Part shown: positions 1 through 14,400 of the stretch, piece by piece
How the letters are laid out: each line of letters starts with the position of its first letter
Numbering within the stretch: position 1 is the stretch's first letter
Assembly: GCA_973895155.1 (NCBI GenBank)
Contig: OZ316898.1
Span: 15,096,330 to 15,160,329, forward strand
Source: Marsupella aquatica
Taxonomy: Eukaryota; Plantae; Marchantiophyta
DNA length: 64,000 nt
Direction: 5' to 3'
Notes under the pieces: model-generated
Seen by the model: only the letters and a program-made list of their open reading frames with translations
What the model was told of the DNA's origin: nothing
Database searches by the model: none
Position numbers and translations under genes: made by a program

Positions 1-2725
1 GTTGATCGTCACCATGTGACTGGATTTGTAGTTTGATCTCATTCTGGATTTCTGATACAGAACATACCAGTTCCCCTGTGTCCCTTCGGATTTCTAGCAT
101 CTCATTCTGGATTCCTGCTGCCAGCTCTCATTTTGGCCGTTCTGATCGGTGCAGAAGGTGGGTCTTTTGTGCCGTCTTTTGACAGCCTTCATTGGGTCAG
201 TCGTTGATCACATGTGTGTGGTTACTTTCTACTCTCCCGAACGTTCGAAACTGGTACAGGCGTGACTTCGAAGTCTTCGTGATAACATTACCATAATGTC
301 TTACAACCGAAGGTTTGGCTTCCGAAGCGCTTCGCTCATTCATTTTGAGGATTGTCCATTCTGAGTCTCTCTGTGTGACCTACATGGCCCGGGAATGATA
401 ACTCAGACAGCAGTAGTGTTTCAGCTTCTTTCCTCGCAATAGGAAGGAGTTTCTTTCCTTAGCAGTGTTTCACTATCAGTCGGCTCCACCACTACCCTAC
501 GTTGCCAGTGAGTATTGTCTACCAAAACTCAGAGTAAGTCATGAAGGGAAATAAATCTCATGCATTAGATGGCGGGCTGCTCTGCAATAAAAATGCCAGG
601 AATCACTGCTTGTCAGATTCGGACATCCGTTAGTAGATGAGAATGGGATGCACTAAGGCTCAGGTGTGGCAATCCTCTTCACTCAAGTTTCGTTCATTCT
701 TGTTCAGGAATATACCCTCGTATGGAGACGTGGCACTCGGTGTGAACTCTACATGAAATAAATATCTGGAAGAAGTCCATACAAACAACGCACAGCCAAA
801 GAAATGATTTATCTCACATATTAGTGCTTCTGGCCTCTTCGTTAGCCATCCAGGCACCGACGATCCTTCCATTGAAATTTGACAGTTATAGGTGATTCAA
901 AGGAAGGCAAATTCGTTAATTCCCTGATCCTCGGTGTGTCATCTTCATGGATGAACGTGGTGAGCATGATGAAGAAGTTGATCGTCCAGAACCGCACTGA
1001 AGTTCAAGCTGTTTTTTCCTCCACAAAACCCTCAACCTTTCCATAACAAAGAACCACCCAAAACGTTCCCGTCCTCTTGTTAAAATGTCCGTTTCAGTAA
1101 AGAGCTGATACTTAGAATCTCGAGAGCGCGACGACACAATATCCCCAACAAGGAGTACTAAACTGCGTTCATGTGTTCATTGTTCCTTGAGAAGATGGAA
1201 TGTAATGACTGTTTCCATCGCTGCGGTCGTAAGCACGCTTAATGTAGTGACACTGAGAGTTCAGCGCGAGGATGCAGAGACTGCAAGCAGTTTACCTGGA
1301 ATAAATCGGCCTGAGGCGACTAATGCCACTAAACTTGACATGTGTAGTCACTTTCGCCTCGTTTCGACCCAGAATTTCAAATGCTGAAGTGAGGAATATC
1401 ATAAATCATTTTTCCGAGTTAAAAGGGTTAGTTCATTCAAAGAATTAAAGTCATAGTAGATAATATTTGGATTCACGTAGATTCTCCTCAGACCAGAGGA
1501 AAAATAGGAATACATATGGCTTGGGAAAACTAATGGAATAAATGTTGGGCTTTACATGCTCTCATCCGTCTTTATCTACACTCAGCCAGCTTGTGTGACT
1601 TGGACTTGGAAGCTCACATCTATGCCTCGAAGACAAGGATGTTTACATTTGCAGATAGGACACGTTCGTAGGGCGAAGTGTACATTACCGCAACACACGA
1701 GTGACTCCTGCATAACATGTACAACGGACTTTGCTGCATTGAAGTGGGTCGAGAGGCAGAAGACATTTTTAAGGGACTTGTTTGGAATCTTCCTGCCATG
1801 GTCATGCAATTATGAAATGCCAGAAGTTATGTTACAAAGATAGGTTACGTGTAACAACGCTTGCGTGAGTAGCTGGATCCTCATCTTGTTGAATGAAACA
1901 CTTAAAGACTCAAACCTGGTGGAGATTTATAGAATACTAATCCCTAGTCCCTACATCCATATCCATATATTCTACTCGTTTAATCGACTTATCAGTCATA
2001 CCGGCATCCTTGGCACGCAAGCATGACCCTGAGAAAACGTCGAATTATATGAGAGGGAACACCCCTTTTCAGTGTTGAACATAGGAAAAGTGTTGCAGCG
2101 ATAGCGTTTCGGTAACTTGATTCTGTCTCACCTTTTGTCAGATCCGAGCAATATTCTTAAGATTTTGGAATCAGATTTTCAGCTTTCCAAAACCAGAATG
2201 TGGAAAACGGCAGTGTCACTCATATCTCCCACGCGAGACCGCATAGTGCACCTACACGGCAGCTAATGAGTTTTTCATCCGAATACTTGAACTCATCTAT
2301 AGGGCGTCAAAAACCCTGCTCCTAGGCTATTCTTCAAAAGAATTCACCGATTGCTTGGAAATTCTAGAATACTGGGGGCATTCAGCAACTTCCTAGCTTG
2401 GTTGTGTCATCGTCTCCAACTGTTTTCATTATCATTGTTACGCCAAGTCGACCAGCAAGGATCTCAATGCAATCCTAATAAGGTGAGCCTCATCAGTTCT
2501 CCCAACTGTCTTATATACAAAAGGAGGGCCTTGACAAAGTTAGACCTCGTTGGCTTAATCATAAGGCTGTATTCACTGTCGCTTTCGAAGACCAACACTT
2601 GCATTTAAGATCCTATGCTGTCATTGGGTCTGGATAGAGACATCAGTTGGCAAGGACTACCCGCACTATAATTCGATCATATACACAGAAAGTCTACAAC
2701 TGCCAACAGCAATTTGACATGGCTC

Positions 2726-5456
2726 CTAGGTGTGTCCACCAGAAACTGAGGTATTTAATCCCAAAGAATGCGCAAGATTAAAAGCGAGAAAAACAGTATA
2801 AAGAATCAAGAGGCCTACTCCTAACGTTTTCGTAGGTTGCATCCTTCGTGATGGTAGCATGCAAAGGGCCCAAACTAACCCAACTACTAAAAATGCCAGC
2901 GTAACATAAATGTTGTCATCTTGAGGAATGACAAAAGCAGCAGGATAAGACTTCCAGCTTGCGAGCACAAAGGAAAGGCCTATGCCCATAAGTGTGTTGA
3001 ACAAGGGTCCAGCATAACAACCTGAAAATGCTATCTGCATTCCATCACCTCCATAATAAACCAGAGCCAGATTTGACATGAGATCTCCAATTGAATTACC
3101 CCACGCCAGCACAGTCAAGCCTAGAATAGCCGGATCAATCTCCAACACCACCCCTAGAGACACCAGAGCTGCCACAAGCTCATTGGCAATAATGTAAAAC
3201 CAGACAATGCTCAATATGAACCCACCAGCTGCCCATGGAAATAAGAACCTCCTTGGGGGATGGGCTTCTGTTAGAGTGAAGTGAGAGACCCCTCCTAGAA
3301 CAACCCCAATCGTTCCAGCCACGATGTATTCCTTCCAGGAGCTACCAGATAGCCCACCATCCCAAACCATCGCGAGAAGAACGGGTGCAAATGTTGCGCT
3401 GCAAACAGCATAAAACTTCGACCAGCCAACGTCGTCCACGAGAGGAATAGTGAGACGTCGTGGTATGGTAAGCGGCCACCCCACAAACCGTGAGCAAATT
3501 CCTCGTAAAGAGTACCAATTCACTGCAGCCTCCTCTTCACTCCAGCCCCAAAGTGGTCGATTACCAAATGAATCTCGCCTATCAAGATGATTTTGGTGCG
3601 AGTAGATTGCTACATGTGGTGCCCACATCCACTGAGGCAAAGAATTTTCCACTCCCGTTGGAAAACCTGTATGGTTGTCAACAATTTCCTCATAGGAACC
3701 TTGAGCATCATATTCGGACTCCTCGCTACTATATGGGTCGGACATACCTGCAAAAAAATACGATCCGAATGAGTTGGTCAATACCTCTGTATCAGAAAAC
3801 ACAAAATACATCGAGGAAGTTGTTGTATGTAACCGGTGTCTACAAGTCCATAATTATCCACACAAGTAGCACGAACTGAAGTAAAATTGTTGACCTAAAA
3901 TTTTTGGCCAGCCCTTCTGATTTGTTTGAATGCTCAGACTATCGCTGTAATGTCTAGAGATTTCCTCGTTCATGAACACTAAGCTTGTATCTTAAACTCA
4001 TTGGGAGAATTACAGAAAAGGGAGAAAAGTCTTGCACATAGTTTCTAGTCTCATGAAGTACCAGTTCCCTTGGCCTATAAAGTTAGTTTGTTTCATTTTC
4101 TTCTTTCTGACATATTGTCCGCCTCGTCATTTCTACTCCTTGCCCGTTTCTTTCCTGCGGGATCTGTGGACCAAAAACTACTTCATACATTCATCAACAT
4201 TACTCATTTTGTTGTATCGCCAGTAAAAAACAGACAAGTTCGTCAAGCTCGGTAGGTATCGCTTTGGTGTATGTTCTCAAAGTGTACATAGCAAGTACCA
4301 TATACTGATTTTAAACGACACAAGCACATCATGGGAAAGTGGCAGTCTCCACCGTCCCCCAGATCAAATAAATGCTGAATCGTTGAGGTAATTAAGTACC
4401 TGAGAGAAGTGGTTGCAGGGCGCGCATCTGTGGAAATTTGTGCCGGTGGGACTTGAGAATCTCTACCACTGCCACTGTGAATGCGTATAATACATAGATA
4501 GAAGTATAACCGACAGCGCCCCAAAAATGAATTTTCCCCACATAAAGAATTGTGGTGAGAGACGCCAACGTGAAGAAAAAGAATCCAATGTCCCTTAGAA
4601 AACCACCACGATCGAGGTGGACAGGAGAAGCACTAGCCCCTACTATCGCCAGACTCACGGATCCAGCCACCACGGACGAAATGAAAGTAGCACCACCCAG
4701 AACAGAGTTTAATCCGACTTGTCCTTGCCCTGACGCACCTATGAACGCCGCAATACTTGCAAACACATCCGGCGCCCCGTTGCCAAGGGGAAGAAGGGTG
4801 ACGCCCGCAACGGTGGGGGCGAGATGCAGAAGCTGGGACAGTTTCTGAAGAGCACAACAAAAGAAATCTGCCGCTGTGTTTCCAAGCATATAGAACAAGG
4901 AACCTAGCCAGAAAGTCAGAGCAATATAAGCTATGATTGGAGTCCCAGAAAACCAGCAGTAGAAGACCTGGGTATACTCAATTAGGGTTCCTGAGCTGCA
5001 CTGGGGAATAGCTTTCACGTAGGAACACGAATCCGCGAATCCAGGATGCAGCTTCACATTTGCACAACCTAACGTCTCATCTAGCGGCTCGACGGGGTTT
5101 GGTAAGCTCCCATTTTGAGAAGAAAAATTAGGTTGCTGTTCCATCTCCACTCCGGAATTCGACTTTTGCGATGTCTCGGAGGTATCATCCGTCCTTGTCC
5201 TAGTGAGCTCATCCTCACCTACTGCCAACAGAGCCCTCACTGAACCGAACCTGCCTCCACCGTAATTTTGCCTTCTTCTCCCATCGGCTTGCACTAGTAC
5301 AAACTTTCGCGGTGAATTGGATTTTGCATGGATAGCAGCCCCACGAGTCTGATAACGATTCACCGGGGAAAACTGACCAACGACCAGAACGAGAAAAATA
5401 ATGAACGAACCGGTCAAAATGGCGGGACGAATTTGACGGTCCCACGACTGCTTCAT
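2726..5456 (-). CDS. CCX: Cation/calcium exchanger (CCX family, Na_Ca_ex), 2 exons: 5456-4400 and 3747-2726, ~692 aa
   Basis: Alpha-1 repeat GVTLLPLGNGAPDVFAS, alpha-2 repeat GLTVLAWGNSIGD, PRRLTIP motif and multiple TM helices. The GT..AG intron 4399-3748 joins the exons in frame (2079 nt). Confidence 0.93.
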
Positions 5457-6119
5457 ATTGCGTTACTGGGTGCTTGGAAAGTCGTTTATCAACTCCATCA
5501 ATTGGACAGTGAAGAGGCCTCTTCAAGTTCTACAGTTGTAAAAAGTGCTTCTCCTTCCAAATGGTGTCAAAACGCACAAGCTTTCCCACGAGAATGAAGA
5601 GTTCAGTTCCCCCTCCCCCTCATCATCTCGTTCAGCCAAAGGCTTCACTTCAGCACTCACTCCAACCCCGGGGCTACGGGGACTTTGCTCAATTACAGCC
5701 CAGGAGCACGAAGAGCGTTTAGCAGAAAATCAAGCCGAGCTCTTCAGAGAAACTTCCAATTCCAAATTATACACACTTTAGCAGCACAACATACACAGAC
5801 GGACGAGGATAGCAAACAGCCTAGCCACAAAATCAAGACGGCCAACAAATCTGAGAATTGGGAGTCCTCCCTGATCTCAGCTGATTCATCTCCAACGAAA
5901 CGCAGGAAGCGTTTGTTTCTCAAGGAGAAAACGACTCTGTTCCTTCAGTGAACTGGACGATGACTGCAGAATTCGGTACATGTATTCCTTGAAGGCGAAG
6001 TTTCCTGATGTTGAAATCACGGTAGACACACTGTAGACTGTACTGCATTTTAGGAGTATTATTAGAATTTTGATGTAAGACACAGTTTTCAAAGTAACAG
6101 GTACAACCTAGAAAAAGTC

Positions 6120-6465
6120 TGTAAACCTGATAGTCCCTGTTGTGTGTCATAATTACAGCTACATCCTAGAGAAATTATGTAAACCTGATAGTCCCGGGGA
6201 TACCATTTATGCACTTCTCCTTCTATGCAGGGTTTGCACTACCTAATAATGGGAAATTGTGTGTGCACTTCCCCATATGTGTCTTCACGTCACACCCATA
6301 GGACTCCTCTCATATCTCATACTGCAGTATTAAACTGGAGAAGTGAATGAAACTACCCTATGTTTAGAATAATGTCGAGAGGGAAAGTGAGCATTGTGAG
6401 ATATAATGCCCCCCAAAACAAGAGCGGTAACCCAAGTTTTGAGGGGCTTTATTCTTACAATGCAC
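6120..6465 (+). repeat. Left arm of a long inverted repeat (putative TIR); partner at ~36409-37029
   Basis: Blocks such as GGTTTGCACTACCTAATAATGGGAAA, CTCCTCTCATATCTCATACTG and TTTTGAGGGGCTTTATTCT occur as reverse complements at 36.4-37.0 kb. Confidence 0.8.
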
Positions 6466-6967
6466 ACATTAACATCCCTAAAAGCTTGAGTGGTTTTTTG
6501 GAACAGACAAGAAAGACAAACCTGTGAAGTAGATTAAACTACCATGCAACAATTTCTTGCCATGCAATTGGTCAAGAGAATGAAACAAGTTAAAATTAGC
6601 ATTCAGAGATTTGCTATAGACATGTAGAGACTAGGTGGAGGGATATAGTCTCTACCATTATGGATATACTCTTTTATTTTATTTCATGCCATAAGGCTAT
6701 TTTTGCTTTTAGATTCTCCTGGATTTAAGATATTTCCCATAATTCCCTCCCAAAAGAAGTGAAGTAACCTGGAAAATTAATGCCATGGAAAATACAAAGA
6801 GAAAAAACAAAAGTCTTTAAGGTAAGTGCATGCTTCTATGGCAACTGTGTTTTCACTTGCACTCATCAATAATGTTTCTTTATCTATGGGTTTCACTAAC
6901 CCATGAATATATGTGTACCATTATAGACACTGATGGACCTTGCCACCCAACGCCCTTCACCAATTCC

Positions 6968-7312
6968 TGCTAGGTATTGCTCTTAGTCTTGTGACTCCTG
7001 AGCTAACCACAATTAGGTTAACTCGGGTTAGGACTTAGCTAAGGTTAGCGAAAGTGCTGTTGTGTATATTGCCAGGGCTGGTGCCAGACCCTGGGGGAAC
7101 TTAGGCTCATTGTTATGGAGCTAGTTGAGAGATAGGGAGAGCTTGTGCTGTGGATGCTTGGTATGGCCGATCGGCCTAGAGTGCAGTAAAGTTCTTGTGT
7201 GTTCCCGTGGACATAGCCTCATGTGGAGGAGAACCACGTATCTCTCTGTGTTGACTCTTGTGGGTTGGATGGTTCATGGGCTTGCCGTTGCGATTGTCGT
7301 CTAGGAGCAACA
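6968..7312 (+). repeat. 5' LTR of copia element (345 bp, TG..CA)
   Basis: About 20 mismatches (mostly transitions, counted by eye) versus 22605-22949, i.e. ~94% identity. Confidence 0.96.
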
Positions 7313-7314
7313 AT

Positions 7315-7326
7315 TGGTATCAGAGC
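7315..7326 (+). promoter_or_regulatory. Primer-binding site (tRNA-iMet type)
   Basis: TGGTATCAGAGC lies 2 nt after the 5' LTR. Confidence 0.93.
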
Positions 7327-8851
7327 ATGCCTGGGAGGTGACGAGGTTTTTTCGTGACGGTTTTCCAATGTTCATTGCCGGTGATACATTCGGAGTTTCG
7401 TCGCATGAAACTCGAATGTGTGTGGCTGAGCGGATAGGTTAGTGAGAGGGCTCTCTAACGGTGGTTAGAACTCGCTAATCGGTATCCGTGGTGCGGAGGA
7501 ATTGGAGTTTGCATCGTTCAAAAATTATTTGTGTTCGACGGTTTTTGGGGGGAGAGACCAGAGATTTTTTTTCAACGGAGTGAGCTGTGCGGTGTTCGGA
7601 AGATCGCACATTATAGCTCAAGTTGAAGGTTGAAGCGAGCTGGTCGTTTTGGTAGTTGAATTGTTGCCGAGTTGTTACCGAGTGCGTCGTGACGAGTGAA
7701 GAAAACATTCAGGTTTTTTCATAGGCTATGGAGCTTGTTCCCATCTGAACCGAGTTTCTCTTCGTGACGTCCAACTCGATGGAAGAAACACAAAGTGCTA
7801 CGGCTCAACGGTTTGATCGCGATGAGGTGGTTGTTTTGAGCCCGAGATTGGCACTTGACGCGGAGTGAAGGCGACGCGGCGGAAATTTTTTCTCTGCTGG
7901 AGCTGCAGACTGTGCCGGTGCAATTCGGCAACATTTCCCGTCGGCGGCGTTCACTTTTCTCGTTTAAATCAGCTGCGGTTAAGGTGAGTAAATTGACATT
8001 TTCTTTGGGGGGGGGTCAATTTTTGCTTTTAAAGGGGTTTAACACACCCTTTTGTGTATACTGTGTATATACACACACAATATACTCCTGGCCCCGCGTA
8101 CCCGATCTTTTTACCCCCTGCCCACACCTCGTTTCTCCCAGCGGCGGTGACCTGCGCAGCGCCGGCCGGCGCATTTGCTGCCGCCCGGCAGCTGCCCACC
8201 CCTCGTGCCCTCCCCTCGTGCCCTCCCGCCTTTACGCCCGCTCCTCGCCCCCTGCCGTGCCTTACACGGCCTCCTTCGCGCCCTGCCTTTGCGCGATGCG
8301 GCTGCTGCCACCGATTGCCCTCTCTCCTCTCAGTTTTCAACATACACGGCTGCGTACGCAGCTGCCCCTTGTATTTTCCTTGGGCGTACCGTGGCCATAC
8401 GCCCTTTGGGCCTGCCCTCCTTAATACTCAGTTGTGGAATGGTAAAAAGGAACTATGAGTGAAAGTGATCCATTTTAAAACATTTAAACCTTACTTGAAG
8501 CTTATTTAGGTTTATCCCTCACCCCTTAATCCATTTTAAGCCTCAAAGGAATGTTATGGAAGAAAGCTAAGAAGTTTGAGTTTGGAAGGAGGAATTGCTT
8601 CGGACAAACAATCGCTTTCAAAGAAATCCGAAAGAAATCGCTTCGGGAGGAAGCAGAAGAATCGCTTTGGAAGTTGGAAAATCGGTTTAGACTTTTGGCA
8701 GCAACTTTGACGGACGATTGCGGATCGGTCCGATGTTGTTTTGAGGAGATTTTTGGTGCATTGGAAAGCTCTTATCAAGGGCTATAAGGATAATTTCAGT
8801 TTGGTACCAAAAGACCAACTTTAGAATAACCCAAACCGAGTAAAGTAACAT

Positions 8852-9329
8852 CATCAGTTATTAGTCGTTTCCATCAGTCGACCTGATATCAGTCGGTACA
8901 TCATCTTAGAGAGGCCGCCAAGATGCGGCGCCAAAAGAAAATGCGAAGAAAAAAAAGAAAAAAAAATTCTCAAAATTTGATGAAGAAAAAATAAACTTTT
9001 TTTGAAATTTTTTTCACTATTAGTGTCCGTACCGTGCGGACATCGCTTCTCAGCGGGGCCAGCCGAGATGACCGGGTGTCCGTACGGTACGGACGCCGAA
9101 TTTCCATGAATTTTTTTTGAAAATATTTTTTTTGTTTTGAAATTTTCAAGAAAATAATTTTTCAAATTTTTTTTCCCGTTTTTTTGGTCCGCTCGCCGAT
9201 CTCGGCGAGGTCAGCTGAGATTGAGTCAATCTCAACTGCCTAGCTGAGATGCATGGAAATGCAAAGTCATCATCTGAGCTACTCAGCTGAGATTCCAAAA
9301 AATTTCAGCGGAAAAACTGATAACTGATG
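8852..9329. mobile_element. MITE-like element (possibly hAT-derived) in the copia leader
   Basis: Termini CATCAGTTATTAGTCGTTTCC and GGAAAAACTGATAACTGATG are imperfect inverted repeats. Internal (GCC/GCT)GAGAT-type repeats are present. No clear TSD. Confidence 0.6.
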
Positions 9330-11481
9330 ATCCTCGCTACCCCCCCCAAACTGATTCTCCAAGGTTTTTTGGCATATGTTACTTAAATCGTTTTCTATCT
9401 CTTTTCTCACCTCTTGAGCTTTTCCATGAGTTAGATAGAGTAGGATATAGAGGGACATAGTTTGGTGTACCTTTAGGAATTAGATTTAGAGAGTCTTAGA
9501 CTTATTTTACCTTTTAGGACCCTAAGTTTAGATGAGAAAAGGTTTTTAGGCTTGTAAACCTTTTGGCATCTTAAACCTTTTGAGGGAGCCTTACAAGTGG
9601 ACTCCCAAGATCATGATTCATTGTCTTTTCTTCAACATTGATTTTTGACCAAGTGTGGGTCTTTTTCTCATGCCAAATTGGGCTTAGGAGAAAGAATTTA
9701 ATGGAGAAGACTTGTACCACTCACATCAATTGAATTTCAAACATTTCATGAATCAAACTTAAGTATTCAAGTTTTGATGTTTGAATTAGTTGTAGGAAAT
9801 AGATTTGAATGGATAACTAAGGTGTGCCTTTGAAATCTAGTTGAAATGAGAATTGTACCAACCTTCATGACGTAAAATCGATCACTACTAAGTGTATAAG
9901 GAAATTAGAGGGAAGAGAAAACCTTTCAATCTATCGAGAAGAAGCCGAACCTAAAGAATTTCATTTCAGCATTTGTGACATACTAATCGTTTCAGGATTA
10001 TATAAGGAAAAACAGCAAAGAAATCGCTTGAAGATTTTGAACATCACAAAACCTTGGTAAATCGCTTTGTTTATTCTTTACGGGACCGAATCTTGGTATT
10101 TAAGGATAAAAGTATATACATTTATATTATTCCACTTACCACATCAGTTTTTACAAAGGGGATTTAGCACCCCCTTTAGGACCCTTTTTTGCCATTTTTC
10201 TTCTTTGGTTCTCCTCTGGTGTCGGGACCTGCCGCCCTCCGTTTTAACCGCTTTGACAGGGGAAACGGCCCCCTTTGAGACTTGTCGTACTATGTGGGAA
10301 TATTCCCAAAAAACAAAGAGCTGTTTTTTGGCCGTCCGACAAAGATTCTGCACGCCGAACGGTAACTTTTTTGGTTCTTTTTCGGCGAGGTCGTAGCCAT
10401 TGGAGTTAGCAACGCGGCGAACCAATCAGATTGCGATTCCAATGACGGGTTGTACTTGGTATTTTGGTTATTCCCTGAGGTGGTCAAAACGGGGGAGTTT
10501 CTCAAGGTTTTACCCACCCCGACCGAAATTTGAATAACTTTTGCGTCGAATTTTGATTTTGATTTTTGCTTTCAGTATTGGACTCCTAGCTTCATGAGCT
10601 ACGCGGCGGTGTTGAGTTTTGAGTTTTATGAGAAGTTTTGAAAAAAGACATTTTTTTGTGATTTTCTCATATGAGTGACTCAGAGTATACTGGAAGAATT
10701 GGCGTCAGTGGAGCTTCAGGATCGCGACGGTCAGACGGAGAGACTGAGGAGGAGCTGCTTTCGTTTGAGGAGGAACAAGTATCACCGGTACGATCACCGG
10801 TGCGACATGTAGTGGAGCTGTTCTACTACCAAAGCTGTCGGTAGTTGGGAAGAAGAGAGAGATGGCGAGATTCAGAGGAGTGAAGTTTGAGGTGGAGAAG
10901 TACGATGGTCGTACTAATTACTTGCTCTGGGAAAAGCAAGGGAAGGGTGTTCTTCGGGCCATGGGCTTAGCTCATCTGCTCTCTTCGTGAGAGCAGTATG
11001 ATGGAGAGGAGGAGATGTTTGTGAAGTAGTGGAGACAAGAGTAGGTGATTGTTGTCAATGCGGTGATGCTATACCTCAAGCCACATATCATCAAGAAGCT
11101 GGATGATTATGACAATTGCGCATCACTATTCAAGGCCCTCAAAGAGAACTACTACCGGGAAGATGCATCAGACCGGTTGTACAAGAAGTCTTGCCTCAGG
11201 CTCAAGGAAGGGAGCAAGCTGCAGGATCACCTGGATGAGTTTGACAATCTAGCGGTGGATCTGTCAAACCTGGGTAAGGTAGTTGAAGATGAGGATAAGG
11301 CCTTGCTTCTGCTAAGCTCCTTACCGTCATCTTATCAGGGCTTGAAACAGGTGCTCTTGTATAGAGATCTGAAGTCCATTTTGTATGATGAGGTGGTGAG
11401 TTCTCTACTGTCAAATGATGCACAGAAGAAATTGGGTCAAGCGCAAACAACATCTTCTTCTGGTACTGCGTTGAACGTTAA

Positions 11482-14400
11482 TGTGACAGGGCAATGTGTC
11501 ACTTAACCGAATGCAGGTTCTAGATTAGGACTTATACGGTCATTAGGACCGTCACCGTAGCATAGAATAGCATGAATAGCCGTCTTTGCCATCATGGATA
11601 GATTATGAGTAGGTTAGTTGATCGAATGATTATAAATTAAGGAAGAGGATTATTACGCTCAACCAAGGTACGGTGGCGGCGGCGGAGTAAAAATCCGTTA
11701 GAAGAATCACGCTTGGACCGAGACGCCAACTTCAGCTTATCATCAACGACCAAAACGGCCTTGCCCACTCACGCTCGAGCTCACCCTGGCACCTCCATAA
11801 GAGCGGAGTTGATAAGCATTGCGGGCCATTTGCTCATTTCTACCTTTTGGAATTCGCGGACACTGCCATTCACTCTCGCCTTTTTCTCGAATGAAGCTGA
11901 CCTTTACGAGGAGATTATTGAGGGATAAGAGCGGATTGTGGCGAGATTTTGTCAGGACGAGTAAGGCCTCCACCAGCAAGCGGACCGGCCGGGCAGAAAT
12001 GCGGACTCGACAAACTAGACTACAAAGGTTAGTATGACCCTACAGCCTTAGGATTTTGGACCTTGTTTGGCGAGGTAGGTGCTAAGTTCTCTGAGACTTA
12101 CTGGTACTCTTGCCCCAAGAAAGCCGCTTACGAACGAAGATACGCGAAGTTGGTGGCCAAGGTAGCACAGGTTAACTGTGAGAGGACAACCATCACCAGG
12201 GATTCAAGTTACAATGAGCTACGGGATTACATCACCGAGCTATATATCAGTGAGGAAGGGTTCAGATTGGTGGCAGAGGCAATTCTTGAAGTTCCTGCGA
12301 AGTTCTTTAGGCTAAGGGGCAGCCAGAGACTGACTCCAGCTGAGTTTGACAAGATTCCGAGATACATCGACCAGCAGATTGCAGCCGAGAAGCATGAAGA
12401 AGACATCAGCAGACAACGGGAAGAGGCGCGTAACCTTACATTCCTCGAGGAAAGCTCCAACGCCTTCAACTGGGATATGGCTACCCCGACACCACCCCCA
12501 GCCCCTCAGCCAATGACCACCGGTGTACCACCGAACTGGTCCCAAGTCCGTCCCGTAAACAACACTGAGTATTCCTCGGGTTCCGAGCAGGGTAGTCCGC
12601 AACTTGAGCAATGTTCGCGGAAGCGAGCAAGGATGACACCGGCCCCCAAACTGACAAGGCAAACCAACGCCGCCCCTGCACCTGCCCCGGCAAACCCCCC
12701 AACCAACCAGACCCGACGACCCACGGATAATCCAAAGTCTAACTTACTACAGGTAATCTGCGTCCCCGAGGTAGTCTGGATCGCGATCAAGAAACTTGAC
12801 CACGCGGACTATCTCAAGGAGCTTCATTTGGAGCAGTTCGCTCACTTGCTATGGAGATCGTGCGCAGCCGGGCCAAAGGAGATTTGTGAGTTCATCTCCA
12901 ATTTTGACACGGACGCATCGGCCACCAAGGTTGTAGGACAGACCTTATCACTCACGGAGCATCGGCTAGCATAGATTTTCTACCTGCCAACCGGGCCGGT
13001 GTCGGTTGAACTCCAAATTTGGGATAAGGAGTATACACCTCGGCACTTCAAACCCGAGGGTAAGACAGACAACGGATACAAGCAAGGGTCGTGCACCAAC
13101 TTAATCTGTATGGAGCGGCTTAACTTCATATGGACTACCCTACACATGATTGAGCCACAATCCGAGATCTCCCTCTGCACGATCGTACAGGTAGAACAGT
13201 ACAAACGGCGGAACTGGGCCCAATTCTTTTACCATAGGTTCTCGGGAGAGCTTAAGCGGGCTCAGGGAGGTATGGCTATTGGGGGGAAGACTTACCTGGG
13301 AAGTCATATCGCCATCATCCTCGCTTGGTACAAGGCACGGCGGGAGGCCAGGGGAAAGAATATGGCCATCTCAACCCCGACTAATATCACCCCCGCTCCG
13401 GAGGAGGCTACCTCGAGCGAGCGGACTACCTCACCTCGGGCAAACCCCAAACCGGAGGCCCCGACTAATACTCCGTCACCTCCCCGGGTTGAAATTCCGC
13501 CGCCCCCTTCCGTCGAGCCTCCGCTACCCCCGGTACAACCACCTCCAATCCCTCCACCACCTAAAGAAACCTTCCCCTCCCCATTGCAGACTACAGAGGA
13601 GCTCGCCGCCCCGCCCAAGGAACCGCCGGTACCCGAGAGGATGGAGGACTACCAAGTAGCCCCGGGGACCATGGCCTATGACCTGGTCCAGAAGTTTAGT
13701 CAGACTCTGTCAGGGGAGCTGGCGATGTACATCAGACAACAAGTCTCGGCGTACTTTCAACCAGCCTTCTTCATGTTAGAGCACCAACCACGGATCGTAA
13801 GCCGCTTGGAGGAAGAACTCATGGCAAAGGGGAACGAGATTGGGCGCCTCCAAATGCTGGTAGGACACCTCGAGGAGGAGGCCACTACCCACCATGAGGA
13901 GTTAGCCCGCACCGTCGAACAGCGTGACGGACTAACCCCGGAGTTGAGCAGGGCGCAAACGGATCTCAAGAAGCTGAACGACACCGTGCTTCAGTTGCGC
14001 TCAAAATCCTCGGCTCGGGTTACCAGCCTGACCGACCTCAACAAGCAATTCCTGCAAGCAGCTCAGTAGGTGGCTAGTCTCTCCACCGAACGGGATAAAT
14101 TGCTGGCGCAGGACCAGGCCCAGTGTGACTCCATTATCCAGCTCAACCTGGAGGTAGCACGGCTCCAAACCGAGGCCGATAAGGTGGAAAACGAGGTAGA
14201 GAAGGCGGTACGGGATAACAAGGCCTTGCAGGACCGCGTTACTCTGCTCGTCCTCCAGCGGGCAAGACTTGGGCCCACCTCTGATCAAGGCGGCTCGAGG
14301 TCTCGCTCCGACAGGGGGACAAACCCTGGTCCGACCACAGCACGCACGTAAGGGGTGGTTAGCGAAGGGTGGGAGCAGGCGCCGCATGAGGCAGTTGAGT

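Noticed and set aside
1-2700. Short ORFs in the first 2.7 kb (e.g. 1556-1843)
   Set aside because: No recognisable domain or consistent splice structure; only a faint resemblance to a LINE C-terminus.
4070-4170. Possible extra CCX exon within the intron
   Set aside because: The in-phase reading hits TGA, and the two-exon model is already in frame.
7855-8462. Overlapping GC-rich ORFs on both strands
   Set aside because: Low-complexity GC-rich DNA lacking stops; no domain signal.
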